From positions 14,572-78,571 of the forward strand of contig JAJZQJ010000005.1 in the NCBI GenBank assembly GCA_021851895.1: 64,000 bases of DNA. Direction: 5' to 3'. The translations under genes were made by a program, and so were the position numbers. This stretch comes from a bacterium (GTDB taxonomy: Bacteria > Patescibacteriota > Minisyncoccia > Phycocordibacterales > UBA6899). Positions 8,867 through 18,521 of the stretch are shown here, one piece after another. The notes below the pieces were generated by a model. It saw only the letters and a list, made by a program, of their open reading frames with translations, did no database searches and was not told the DNA's origin. Numbering within the stretch: the stretch's first letter is position 1; every line of letters starts with the position of its first letter.

Positions 8867-9796
8867 ATGTCTTTTGATGAACTCAAAAACTATGTAAGCA
8901 GCCAGCGACTCAGTGGCAAAAACGATACTGAGATAAAAGCGGCACTCGACGAGAAGCACTGGCACAAAGATCTCATCGAAAAAGCACTTAAGGAGAGCGC
9001 AATTCCCCCTGAACCGAAGCTGAGTGAGGAAAGACTTGATACTCGCCTACTCTCGATGAGCGAGCTATTCAGAGCGGCATGGGAAGCACTCACAAAACAC
9101 CTCTCTCTTTACGTCCTCGCGGCAACGACCACGCTACTCGCACCAATGCTCGCACTTATCGTCTTCCTTGCTCCTATAATCTATGATATCCGCATACTCC
9201 ATTTCACCACGGCGGACTTCTTTAGCAGGAGCATGCTTCCGATCGTAGTTCTCCATGCGGCGATTGGAATCCTCACCATCGCCCTCATCGCATTCTGGAG
9301 CTCGCTCGCACTCTACACCATAGCGGTGCACGATGGCATGATCACCCTGCGACATGCTTTTGCGCGATCGTGGGAAAGACTTCCAGGATTCGCTTGGATC
9401 GGTGTGCTCTCAGGTATCATCGTCATACTCGGCCTCTTCGTCTTTATCATCCCCGGCATCATCTTCTCCATTTACCTCACCTTCGCATCTCTCGCATATG
9501 TCGTTCATGGAGCACGAGGAAGATCAGCACTTCTCCAAAGCGTAACCCTGGTCCATGGTAAATGGTGGAGAACATTCCTTATGGTGCTCCTTCCATCCTT
9601 TGTCACCGCGCTTATCATTAGCTTCGCAGGATCGATACTTCCTGGAATAGGCAACTTCATCGCACAGGTGATCGTCACCCCGTTCATGACGATCTATGCG
9701 TTGATCCTCTATAAAAACTACTTCGCATTCAAAAAAGCTCACGAAGTCGAAGCAGAAGAGGATCTCTCAGCGCTCACAAAAGCACTTGATAAATAA
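8867..9796 (+). CDS. Polytopic membrane protein, function unknown
   Basis: Soluble N-terminal ~80 aa followed by at least 6 predicted TM helices. Confidence 0.5.
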   Translation: MSFDELKNYVSSQRLSGKNDTEIKAALDEKHWHKDLIEKALKESAIPPEPKLSEERLDTRLLSMSELFRAAWEALTKHLSLYVLAATTTLLAPMLALIVFLAPIIYDIRILHFTTADFFSRSMLPIVVLHAAIGILTIALIAFWSSLALYTIAVHDGMITLRHAFARSWERLPGFAWIGVLSGIIVILGLFVFIIPGIIFSIYLTFASLAYVVHGARGRSALLQSVTLVHGKWWRTFLMVLLPSFVTALIISFAGSILPGIGNFIAQVIVTPFMTIYALILYKNYFAFKKAHEVEAEEDLSALTKALDK

Positions 9797-9826
9797 AAAA
9801 ACCGCTCATCATAAGCGGTTTTTATT
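9796..9826. terminator. Bidirectional Rho-independent terminator
   Basis: aaccgct-catcataa-gcggtt flanked by A-runs and T-runs, between convergent genes. Confidence 0.6.
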
Positions 9827-11495
9827 AACGACGACGTAAGTCGATCACTGCGCCTGGTGCTTGCACGCGAACCACTCTACGTAATTCAAGCGGTGCAGTC
9901 TGTACTGGTCGAACACTATTCGCGCGCACCTCGTTTCGATCAGCACGCGGTGGAGGTAAGGCCAGTGTCGGAGCCCCTCCTTGAGCACCTCTCATTTGAT
10001 AGGAAAGATATGACTTTCCTATGCGCCAGCCACCAATGACAAGCAATAGTATGAACAGCGGAAGCAAAGCGATCGAGAGTGCAGGATTTCTGCCGAGGAA
10101 GCCGAGTATGGATGGAGAAACCTCGACATCGACATGGACAGGAACGTCAGACGAAGCGCCATTCGACTTCGACTGAGTAACCGACAACATATAGTTTCCG
10201 GGAAGCACACTCTCGGTGAGTGTATATGTACCCTTTCCATCACTATCAAGCTGTACGTCATCGACGTGATGTACGGAACCCCCCTCAAAAACGACCTTCG
10301 CAGTCGCACCAGGGATTCCTTTGACATGCGCGACGATAGGACTTGCCTCCCTGAACTTCTCCTGATCAAGCGTAACGATAGGCTGATCAAGCGAAAGTAC
10401 TTCATATTTCACCTTCGACTCACTCCTATTCCCTGCCTTATCGACTGCCGCGATCGTCAGATCATGAGCTCCAAAAACTGTAGAGCGGAAATGATATATA
10501 CCCGAACCATCATCAGTCCAATTCGTTGGTGCCCCTTTGTCGATAGTGAACTCATAATGGTCGAGACCAGAAATCGTATCCGTTGCACTCACACTGAATG
10601 CAATATTTGGATCGTGCTTATCTATGCGTTCAACTTCAGTTGTCGTCCCCAGTAACGGAGCGCTATGATCGATCGCAATTCGAAAGTGTGCGGAGTCCTT
10701 TAATGCACCGCCCGCAGGCGTAACATGAAAGAACCATTCCCCCTCATCAAGATCAGTGATCGTGCGCGTCGTTGTACCTGACGGGATACTCTTATAACCA
10801 AGATCATCCCTATTATGGGAAAGTCCAACAAGTACGTCCTGCACTGCATGTGGGAGCGTCCAAGACATCGTCACTTCACGTAGCGGATACCACAATGATT
10901 CGTCGGGAATCTCCTTTGCGGTGACAGTTAATGCAACCGAGTCTGAAGCCCCGAGCACTTCACCAGAATTCGGTGTTGTCGTCGCATCAGTTGTCGTCGC
11001 ATCAGAATTATTTTCAAATCCTTCTTTTGGAGACACGTCAAAGCTTGCTTGGATGATGCGACCAAGTGTATTACCTCCCGTACCATCCGCCGCTACCGTC
11101 GACGCACCAGAAGTAAATCGTAACTCAGGCTTACCTGGTCGTAGTGCATGTACTTGCAACGTGAGCAGTTCGAGTGTTGATGGAGCACCGCTCTTGATCA
11201 TTCCTGAATAACGCAATACGCCATCCGCAATGCTCGGCGTCACCACCCAAGAGACATCTTGTGAAGTAGAGACGATATCAATGCTTACCAACTTTGGATC
11301 GAATTCAAGCGTCGCCTCGACCGCTGCCAACTTTTCTGGAGATTCAACCATGACACGTACAGGAATCGTCTCATCGACAGCATAACTCCCTGAGGCAGGA
11401 GAGAGCGATAAGGTACTTGATGCGAAAGCAAAGGACGGAAAAAGCGCTATTGAAAAAAGCGCTGCGAGGATCGTTTTCCGTGCACGTGTGTACAT
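9825..11495 (-). CDS. Cell-surface protein with C-terminal TM anchor and Arg-rich tail
   Basis: Signal peptide, Ig-like and Thr-rich beta-rich body, then TM LLPLFILLLVIGGW and a basic cytoplasmic tail. Confidence 0.55.
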   Translation of the reverse strand: MYTRARKTILAALFSIALFPSFAFASSTLSLSPASGSYAVDETIPVRVMVESPEKLAAVEATLEFDPKLVSIDIVSTSQDVSWVVTPSIADGVLRYSGMIKSGAPSTLELLTLQVHALRPGKPELRFTSGASTVAADGTGGNTLGRIIQASFDVSPKEGFENNSDATTTDATTTPNSGEVLGASDSVALTVTAKEIPDESLWYPLREVTMSWTLPHAVQDVLVGLSHNRDDLGYKSIPSGTTTRTITDLDEGEWFFHVTPAGGALKDSAHFRIAIDHSAPLLGTTTEVERIDKHDPNIAFSVSATDTISGLDHYEFTIDKGAPTNWTDDGSGIYHFRSTVFGAHDLTIAAVDKAGNRSESKVKYEVLSLDQPIVTLDQEKFREASPIVAHVKGIPGATAKVVFEGGSVHHVDDVQLDSDGKGTYTLTESVLPGNYMLSVTQSKSNGASSDVPVHVDVEVSPSILGFLGRNPALSIALLPLFILLLVIGGWRIGKSYLSYQMRGAQGGAPTLALPPPRADRNEVRANSVRPVQTAPLELRRVVRVQAPGAVIDLRRR

Positions 11496-11580
11496 GCTTG
11501 TATTATATCATGCTCAATCGTCACACATCGCAAGATATTCTATTTGGTGTGCATAAAAACCGCCTTATGTTGAGCGGTTT

Positions 11581-12576
11581 TTATGGCATATCAGACTCTT
11601 CGTCTTCTCGATCATGAAGTGCATCATCTCTATGATGATAATGTTTGAAACTCATGAATACAGCGATCGATGAAACGATGAGCAATATGAGTGGGAGTAT
11701 GTAGTCACTGAATGAGAACGTGTCGAGTAACGATCGATAATTTTTTGGTGGAATGATCTCCTCCTGCATGTTACCCGCATTGTCATATGCGCGAACGACG
11801 ATGCGACTACTGAGCGTCTGATCCTGGAGTAAGTAAGGACTCGTCGCCGGTGCTGGCTTCGCCTTTATGCGACTCCCAAGTCTGAAACCGAAACTATTTG
11901 GATCCTCTTCAAGTACCTCATAATGCTCGACCCCGCTTTGCTTATCCGTCGTGTCGAAGACGAGATAATACGGCGACTTCGGATTGTTCACATCCTTGAT
12001 GATCTCCGGTACGAACTCCTCAGGTGGGAAAGTATCATCGTTCACGACACCGATCCATTCATTCCGTGAAGTCGACGTAGCGGCATAAGTGACGGTCATC
12101 GGAAGCGTCGTGAGTGCAGCTCTACCGCCGTGACCATCATTGAGATCGACTTCCGTATCGGGAAGCATCGCTATCGTTGCAGGAGAACTTGCTTGATTTC
12201 CCTTGTACTGGAAAATGACCTTCGCAACGATGTTCGACTGCCCTGGATCCCCTACCGCCTTACCGCAGTAGCCTCCAGGTATACCGCCTATGAAATGTAT
12301 CTGACCAGCCGACTTGTCAATGACTTGGTCGAGCCAAAGTGAAAAGATAGATTCTCCACGGGAGACCGTTTCGAGCGAAAAGAGGTCAGCGGGATACGCG
12401 ATTCCGACGCTCACGGCATTGATGCACTCACCGGGAGACACATCGATACGCAACGTCGAAACGAACACATCTCCAGGCACCGAAGCACGGAGCGGTGGAT
12501 CGAAACGCAAAGTTGCCGCCTGAGCAAATACAGGAAGAAGGATCGATGAAAGAAATATTGGGAGTGTTTTTTTCAT
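11581..12576 (-). CDS. Cell-surface protein with C-terminal TM anchor
   Basis: Signal peptide MKKTLPIFLSSILLPVFAQA, C-terminal TM, and an acidic tail. Confidence 0.5.
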   Translation of the reverse strand: MKKTLPIFLSSILLPVFAQAATLRFDPPLRASVPGDVFVSTLRIDVSPGECINAVSVGIAYPADLFSLETVSRGESIFSLWLDQVIDKSAGQIHFIGGIPGGYCGKAVGDPGQSNIVAKVIFQYKGNQASSPATIAMLPDTEVDLNDGHGGRAALTTLPMTVTYAATSTSRNEWIGVVNDDTFPPEEFVPEIIKDVNNPKSPYYLVFDTTDKQSGVEHYEVLEEDPNSFGFRLGSRIKAKPAPATSPYLLQDQTLSSRIVVRAYDNAGNMQEEIIPPKNYRSLLDTFSFSDYILPLILLIVSSIAVFMSFKHYHHRDDALHDREDEESDMP

Positions 12577-12578
12577 GA

Positions 12579-13721
12579 TTATGAGGTCCAGTTATAAAGC
12601 ATGATCGAAAGATCGGCGATGTTCACTTTTCCATCGTGATTAAGATCACCGACGGGATCGGACTTACCGAACCGGAAGAGCAACATCGAAAAGTCTATCA
12701 TGTTCACCTTACCATCGCCGTTGATATCTCCATTACTCGTTTGATCAGTCACATTACTATTTCCGACGAAGATGTTGAGCGCGGTACCATTTCCACTCTT
12801 TTGAGGAACCGTACCAGTCGCTGCGATCAGCTCGAGATATGGGAGGATCTGATGATAGATCTCTGGCGTCATTGCTCCCGTCGAAAGCTTTGCGTCCCAA
12901 CTTCCATCATCCTTCGAAGTAGCTGTTTCGACTGGCGCACTCGACCTATCGAGAAGCAATTGCACATGCGCGCGCGGCGCGGTCGTACCATCAAGCATGA
13001 TATCGGATCCAGGTGAAACCTTCTGAAGGAGTGCTCTGATGGTCGGAGGAAGGAAGACATTACCAACATTCGTAACGGCGTTCTGAGTGACCTGAAAAGT
13101 CGTCGTATAGGTGATCGATCTTATCTTCTTTGCATCCTCTGCCCAAAATCCGAATGTCGTCGGACCAGGCGTTGCATTGGCGACGTTATAAGTGAAATCA
13201 GCATTCGAATCTGACTGTGCGATACCGAGGAGCTGTCCATCCTTCAAGATCTGCACACGTGCATTCGGATAGGCCTTTCCCGCAAAGATCACCTGCGTCT
13301 GCGCGCGCATCGGAACACCGCCCGATCCCCCACCACTACCGGAAGGTGTCGGCGGAGGCTGCGGCGGTGTTGTCGATGAAATAGGTGCTTCTTTCTGTTT
13401 ACATGCGTCTGTGCAAAAATTATTACCATCGGGGACGCACTCTTCTCCGTAATACGGTTTCAAAACGCCATCTCCGCAGTATGGTCCCCAAGAGCGACAG
13501 TTCGTCGCGCAATGACGAGAATCACTACTCGTCGCATATGCCCCATCGTTAAAACCAAGACCGAAGTCACACACCTCACCACTATCGACGATACCGTTAT
13601 TACAAATAGAAACAGCAACCGTTGATGTCGCGATCACCATATTGAGCTCAGCGGAAGCATTATACGCACTTGATAATAACACAAACACAAGTAGAGCAAC
13701 GAAAAACGCGACACGCTCCAT
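12579..13721 (-). CDS. Secreted Cys-rich protein with a Pro-rich linker and C-terminal double dockerin
   Basis: Start chosen at MERVAFFVALL (signal peptide); the ORF track starts 17 codons earlier. C-terminus has DINGDGKVNMIDFSMLL and DLNHDGKVNIADLSIMLY, classic dockerin type I repeats. Confidence 0.5.
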   Translation of the reverse strand: MERVAFFVALLVFVLLSSAYNASAELNMVIATSTVAVSICNNGIVDSGEVCDFGLGFNDGAYATSSDSRHCATNCRSWGPYCGDGVLKPYYGEECVPDGNNFCTDACKQKEAPISSTTPPQPPPTPSGSGGGSGGVPMRAQTQVIFAGKAYPNARVQILKDGQLLGIAQSDSNADFTYNVANATPGPTTFGFWAEDAKKIRSITYTTTFQVTQNAVTNVGNVFLPPTIRALLQKVSPGSDIMLDGTTAPRAHVQLLLDRSSAPVETATSKDDGSWDAKLSTGAMTPEIYHQILPYLELIAATGTVPQKSGNGTALNIFVGNSNVTDQTSNGDINGDGKVNMIDFSMLLFRFGKSDPVGDLNHDGKVNIADLSIMLYNWTS

Positions 13722-13781
13722 GGTGCGTATCAGGAAAGGAGCGTGTCGCGTTTTTGTGTTCCATCCGTACATCTTTGTCGT

Positions 13782-14873
13782 TTATCGCTTCTTGAGGTTG
13801 ACGACGTCACCACCCGAAGATGCTGCCGAGCGTCGCACGCTTGGCGCAGAAGGCGCTTGAGAGCGCATACGTGCCGTACTTGAAGTCACTCCCATGCCAC
13901 CACGTGACGGGGTCGCGGATTCAGAAGCTTCTCTGCGTGCACGTCGTGCGCGACGCTTCTTGCGTCCTAAGACTGGGGTGACGATCGCAAGACTTACCGT
14001 CACAACAGGCAAGATGAGCGTCAGCTTATCAGGCAAAGAAAGCCCTTCGAAACCATATGGCTTATAACCTGCGATCGTTCCACGTGGGAAAATCGATAGC
14101 GTCAATTCCCCGACCTGTGCCGAAGAATCCTTTTCCTTCATGACGTTATATTTCACTCTATACGAACCTGTCGGCAAGAAAGTCGGAAGGTAGGCTTCAA
14201 CACGTTGGGAGGCAAATGGCAGGATCTCTTTGATGCTATTGGTATTTTCAGAGGTTTCAAGCAACTGCCTGCCCGTGATGTCGTAAGTTTCAAAGCGGAT
14301 CTTGTATGGAGCCGCGGGGACGTTACCCGTGTTCTCGAGCTGCATCGCAAAAGTCATCTTTCCAGGATAGTTGAGCCATAACACCTTATGGCCCTCCTCG
14401 GCATCGAAGAGCTCGACACGCCGTACTTCGAAATCGAATATCTGATCACGCACGCGCAAGAAGACATCTATTTGTGCTCCGAGAACGAGTGATATTCCTG
14501 AACCTTGTTCTCCAGTTCCCGAAGTTCTTATACGAATACTTCCTCTATAATCTCCAAGCTTTGCATTGTCGGGGACGTGCACTGCGATCTTAAGTCGCAC
14601 CTGACTCTCTCCTTTAGGGAGAAGGAACTTCAGACCACGATCACTTGAGATCCAAGATTCGAACCCTGGAGTATTGATCGTGAGTTCTGCGTTCAGGTCA
14701 TCTGTGGGATCAGAACGCACGATGATGATCTCTTGTGTAAAATCACTACCTGGACGCAGTGTTTCATTATGCACATATGGTGGAGTGATACCAAAACCGG
14801 CTAACGCGACATTCGTCTGCATCAGCCAAGATAACAAAGCTCCTGCAATAAAAAAGATTGCTCGGCGTTGCAT
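13782..14873 (-). CDS. Surface protein with TM anchor and a basic Ser-rich C-terminal tail
   Basis: Signal peptide, beta-rich ectodomain, TM, then RKKRRARRARRE... Confidence 0.5.
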   Translation of the reverse strand: MQRRAIFFIAGALLSWLMQTNVALAGFGITPPYVHNETLRPGSDFTQEIIIVRSDPTDDLNAELTINTPGFESWISSDRGLKFLLPKGESQVRLKIAVHVPDNAKLGDYRGSIRIRTSGTGEQGSGISLVLGAQIDVFLRVRDQIFDFEVRRVELFDAEEGHKVLWLNYPGKMTFAMQLENTGNVPAAPYKIRFETYDITGRQLLETSENTNSIKEILPFASQRVEAYLPTFLPTGSYRVKYNVMKEKDSSAQVGELTLSIFPRGTIAGYKPYGFEGLSLPDKLTLILPVVTVSLAIVTPVLGRKKRRARRARREASESATPSRGGMGVTSSTARMRSQAPSAPSVRRSAASSGGDVVNLKKR

Positions 14874-14954
14874 GTGTGTGCTTCACTGTATTTTATCATC
14901 CTTTAGAACACGGCGCCACTCTCAGAATGTGTATAAGATGTGCTTTCAAAATAG

Positions 14955-14974
14955 CAATTACAACTGCAACTAGA
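14955..14974. promoter_or_regulatory. Conserved motif CAATTACAACTGCAACTAGA (direct repeat CAACT-G-CAACT)
   Basis: The same 15-16-mer recurs at 16938-16953, upstream of the next surface-protein gene, and at 49612-49626 between DnaA boxes. Both surface-gene copies sit 10 nt before a TA-rich hexamer on the minus strand. Confidence 0.3.
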
Positions 14975-14986
14975 GCCCGTGAACAG

Positions 14987-15008
14987 AAAAACCGCCAGAG
15001 GCGGTTTT
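14987..15008 (-). terminator. Rho-independent terminator of the 15007-16905 gene
   Basis: aaaaccgcc-agag-gcggtttt overlapping the stop codon. Confidence 0.6.
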
Positions 15009-16905
15009 ACCATGTTGCTGACGAGTTAATGACAGCATCAATTGCATTTTGACCCTTATAGTCACCCGAAACGGTAATCGTTGCCGGAACAGTGATACCC
15101 CAATAGAGTGTTCCTGTATTTGGCGTCGAGGTCGACGTAGACTTCAAGATGTTAAAATCAAAGAATTTAGGAGTCGTCGATGCGAGAGAGACGCCGGATG
15201 CATACGCGATAGTACTCGTCGCATAGTGCTCTGCACTTGCAGGAATCGTATCGGTCGGACTTCCTGAACACGAACCAGGAGTCGTACACATATCTGTTCC
15301 AGAGATGTTTGCATCGAGTGACGCATTTCCCGTAGCTTCGATTGCGAGCAATGAGCTTGTTGCCCCCTGATCGTCAACACCGATCGTCGTATTTCCTTGT
15401 CCCGGCTCCCAGCCACCGAAGCTGAACGTATTTGCAGTGAGACCAAGCGCGGAGAGGATATTCATCTCAGAGCCGGTAAGCTTAAGATTCGACGAGGTGG
15501 CACCGGCATGATCCATCGGTGTGATATTCACCTTCATCTGCTCGCTCGCCCAAGGTGATCCGAAATCAGTCGGGTCTGTCGTATACCACAGTGGGAACGT
15601 ACAAGACCAACCGACGGTCATATCCGATGGCCCAGTACAAGAATCGCTCATGTACGTAGGGTCTGGTGCGCAAACAACATTCCAACTTGCGGTCTTATCT
15701 CCGCTCGAGTAGCAGCTGTTGTAGTTTTGCTGGCCGTCCGAGAGTCCATTACATGAAGCATCTGGGTAGCCACTGCGATAGAGCGTGATGATCGTGCTTG
15801 ATGCTTGTGGTGTCCCCGCTGCAGTTGTACACGAATTATAATCAGAAACCTGGAATGAAAGCTTGAAATTTGGAGTCTCACCCTTCTCTACAACCAATTT
15901 CATCGACGTGCTTGCATATTGGTCAACGAGAGAAATTGTTCCAGGAACGATCGTTGGAGCAACATTGTTTACAGTAAACGTCGATGCAGTACCCTGCTGA
16001 GGTCCGATAGCTTGCGCACCACGACTGTCAACGATATACGGATATGTCGTTGTCGTTCCGTCGAGTGTTGGGATCGGGAATGTCCACGATGCTACAGGAT
16101 TCGTCTGTACTGCAGAAGTTGAGCTCGCCCATGTACCGCCAGATCCACAATTAGTTCCGGTGAAATCTGCGGCCTTACAGAGAAAGAGTGTTGCGAGATC
16201 AGGACCATTGATCGTATCTTGATGAGTGACCTCAGTAGAAGATGCGGTGAAAGTGATCAACTGACCTGGATCCTTTGGACCATCATTGGTTAGCGAACTG
16301 AAGGTATGCGGGTGATTGATGACAAGCGGTGATGCTTCAGGTGCACCTGGAGTACCCTGCACGAGAGGATCTGTCGTCTTCGAGCACTTTGGAAGACCAA
16401 CGACATCGTCACAGACGAATGCATACCACTGTATGGTCTCGTTCACGTTGTCGATAATAGGACTCGAAGTTGCATAAACGATCGCCGTTGCTGGGTAGAT
16501 CGGTGCTGGAGGAGTACCACTCGTTACCGCAAGCTGGTTTGAAATACCACCAGCACAGGATGGCTGTGCAGAAGTCGTAGCGGTTGGCGCTCCACCAGTC
16601 TTACAGATAAGGAGATAGATGTTATTACTCGAGCTATCGTATGCGTCTGCTGACCACACGACTACCGAACCATTTACGGTTGGCGTCGTTGTCGCTGAGA
16701 CGACGACCTCACGAGGTGCGGCGTTGAATCGCGGCGGCGTGTTGAGCACCTTCACCGTTGAAGTCGCAGCTCCGGAGCCTCCTGCAAGTGCTTGAGTACT
16801 AAAAACACCGATCGTCGACACGCCGATGAGAGTGACCAAAGCGAAAATTCCGGTCGCAACCGTAATTTTTCCTGCGGTCTTCCAATAAGTGAATTTGCCG
16901 TCCAT
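15007..16905 (-). CDS. Large Thr/Ser/Gly-rich secreted protein (633 aa)
   Basis: Start set at MDGKFTYWKTAGKITVATGIFALVTLIGV (signal or anchor). The longer ORF-track start runs through the conserved upstream motif and a TATAAT hexamer. Confidence 0.55.
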   Translation of the reverse strand: MDGKFTYWKTAGKITVATGIFALVTLIGVSTIGVFSTQALAGGSGAATSTVKVLNTPPRFNAAPREVVVSATTTPTVNGSVVVWSADAYDSSSNNIYLLICKTGGAPTATTSAQPSCAGGISNQLAVTSGTPPAPIYPATAIVYATSSPIIDNVNETIQWYAFVCDDVVGLPKCSKTTDPLVQGTPGAPEASPLVINHPHTFSSLTNDGPKDPGQLITFTASSTEVTHQDTINGPDLATLFLCKAADFTGTNCGSGGTWASSTSAVQTNPVASWTFPIPTLDGTTTTYPYIVDSRGAQAIGPQQGTASTFTVNNVAPTIVPGTISLVDQYASTSMKLVVEKGETPNFKLSFQVSDYNSCTTAAGTPQASSTIITLYRSGYPDASCNGLSDGQQNYNSCYSSGDKTASWNVVCAPDPTYMSDSCTGPSDMTVGWSCTFPLWYTTDPTDFGSPWASEQMKVNITPMDHAGATSSNLKLTGSEMNILSALGLTANTFSFGGWEPGQGNTTIGVDDQGATSSLLAIEATGNASLDANISGTDMCTTPGSCSGSPTDTIPASAEHYATSTIAYASGVSLASTTPKFFDFNILKSTSTSTPNTGTLYWGITVPATITVSGDYKGQNAIDAVINSSATW

Positions 16906-17252
16906 GGTATGCAGTTTGTTAACAATATTATACACCATACAACTGCAACTAGATTGCATCTTATCCACAGTTATAGTAAAGAAAATCCTTTTCCTTACTT
17001 GCTTTTTTCTTAGCATGCCCCCTTCCCATTTCCTATCACGCCAAAATCAACTTCTTCACACCTCTTTCATAAGCACATATCTCGATGCCCCACTACGAAC
17101 TTCGGAACCCTTCACTTCGATATATGAAACCGCGAGGAATGTTGTCTGCACCGCTCAGCTTTGGAGTCCGACAACGTACAGTGGTACGGCGAGGACGAAA
17201 AGCGAGTGATCCTCGCAAAATAACCGCAGCTCACATCACGCTGGAGTAAACA

Positions 17253-17278
17253 AAAAACGGCAGAGCCGTTTTTTTTGT
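17253..17278 (-). terminator. Rho-independent terminator of the ABC permease operon
   Basis: aaaacggc-aga-gccgtttt with flanking A-run and T-run. Confidence 0.6.
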
Positions 17279-18487
17279 TTACCCATAACGCATAGCATCC
17301 AATGGCGAGAGTTTTGAAGCACGCACTGCAGGGAAAACTCCCGTGAGGAACCCAACCACGGCGGAAAATGCCGCAATGAAGAGCAAGAACGTGATCGGGA
17401 ACGAGAAGAGTGTCATCGCTTTTCCACCGAAATTCGCCGCAGCGAGATTCACAAGACCGTTGAGTGTTCCACCGATGATGAGCCCAAAAGTGATACCCAT
17501 GACACCCCCCAGGAATCCTACGATAACAGACTCCGAAAGGAAGAGGATCTTGATATCTTGAGATGAGGCACCCAGCGTGCGCATGATACCGATCTCCTTC
17601 GTGCGTTCGAGCAATGTGACGGTCATCGTATTGAACATACCGATCGCGGACACTGCGAGCGCGATACTTCCGAAGACCGCGAGCACGACCTGTATTCCAC
17701 TAAAGATCTTATTTGCTTGATCGACGGTCTTACTGAGCGCGGTGACAATATACCCCTTCCCAATGATGAGCGCCGTATCTGGGGCGAGAAACTCACTTGC
17801 AGTCACACGCACCTGCGCTTTTTCATACTGTGTTATCTGAATGTAATTACGCAACTCCGAGAGCTGCATGAATGCGGAAATGAATGCATCGTCGTTCGAG
17901 ACTCCAATGACACGGTAATTCCTGTCTATCGGAACCTCTTGTACATCATCTTTACCTTCGACAGGCACAAGCACCCTAAATGTGACCGTCTGACCAATCG
18001 CGTCCTTCGGGTCGGCGATATCAAAGAGCTTCAATAATGCTTTCGTAAGTACAACTCCGTCAGTGGTCGTATTTTTGTTTTTCTCTGTATGTAATTCACC
18101 GGCGACAGCACTCGCTCCAATGTAACGATAATATGCGGGATCAACTCCCTGCACAAATGCATTTCCAGTCAAACCCTTCATTGTGATGAGTGTTGGAAAC
18201 TGGGCCATCGCAGCGACATCCTTCACGTTAGGCATCGCACGGAAATCCGCTATCGCGGCGTCATTGAGCTGCACTCCTCGCGTAAGTGGCGAAGACACCG
18301 AAAGCGAAAGCAGCGTCTCTCCGAAGACGATCTGCTCGAGAATGATATTCTGTAAACCGAATCCGAGCGCGACGAGCGTAACTACGGCACCGGTACCGAT
18401 GCCCATACCTGCGATGGTAAGCCAAGTACGCGCGGGGTTCGTTTTGAACATACGCGTCGAAAGTTTTCCGATATCGTGAAGTCTCAT
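17279..18487 (-). CDS. ABC transporter permease, MacB/FtsX family
   Basis: N-terminal TM, large periplasmic domain and a C-terminal FtsX-type 3-TM bundle. Confidence 0.7.
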   Translation of the reverse strand: MRLHDIGKLSTRMFKTNPARTWLTIAGMGIGTGAVVTLVALGFGLQNIILEQIVFGETLLSLSVSSPLTRGVQLNDAAIADFRAMPNVKDVAAMAQFPTLITMKGLTGNAFVQGVDPAYYRYIGASAVAGELHTEKNKNTTTDGVVLTKALLKLFDIADPKDAIGQTVTFRVLVPVEGKDDVQEVPIDRNYRVIGVSNDDAFISAFMQLSELRNYIQITQYEKAQVRVTASEFLAPDTALIIGKGYIVTALSKTVDQANKIFSGIQVVLAVFGSIALAVSAIGMFNTMTVTLLERTKEIGIMRTLGASSQDIKILFLSESVIVGFLGGVMGITFGLIIGGTLNGLVNLAAANFGGKAMTLFSFPITFLLFIAAFSAVVGFLTGVFPAVRASKLSPLDAMRYG

Positions 18488-18521
18488 GATTGTATTACTA
18501 TTCGTTCAAATATAATTCGAC

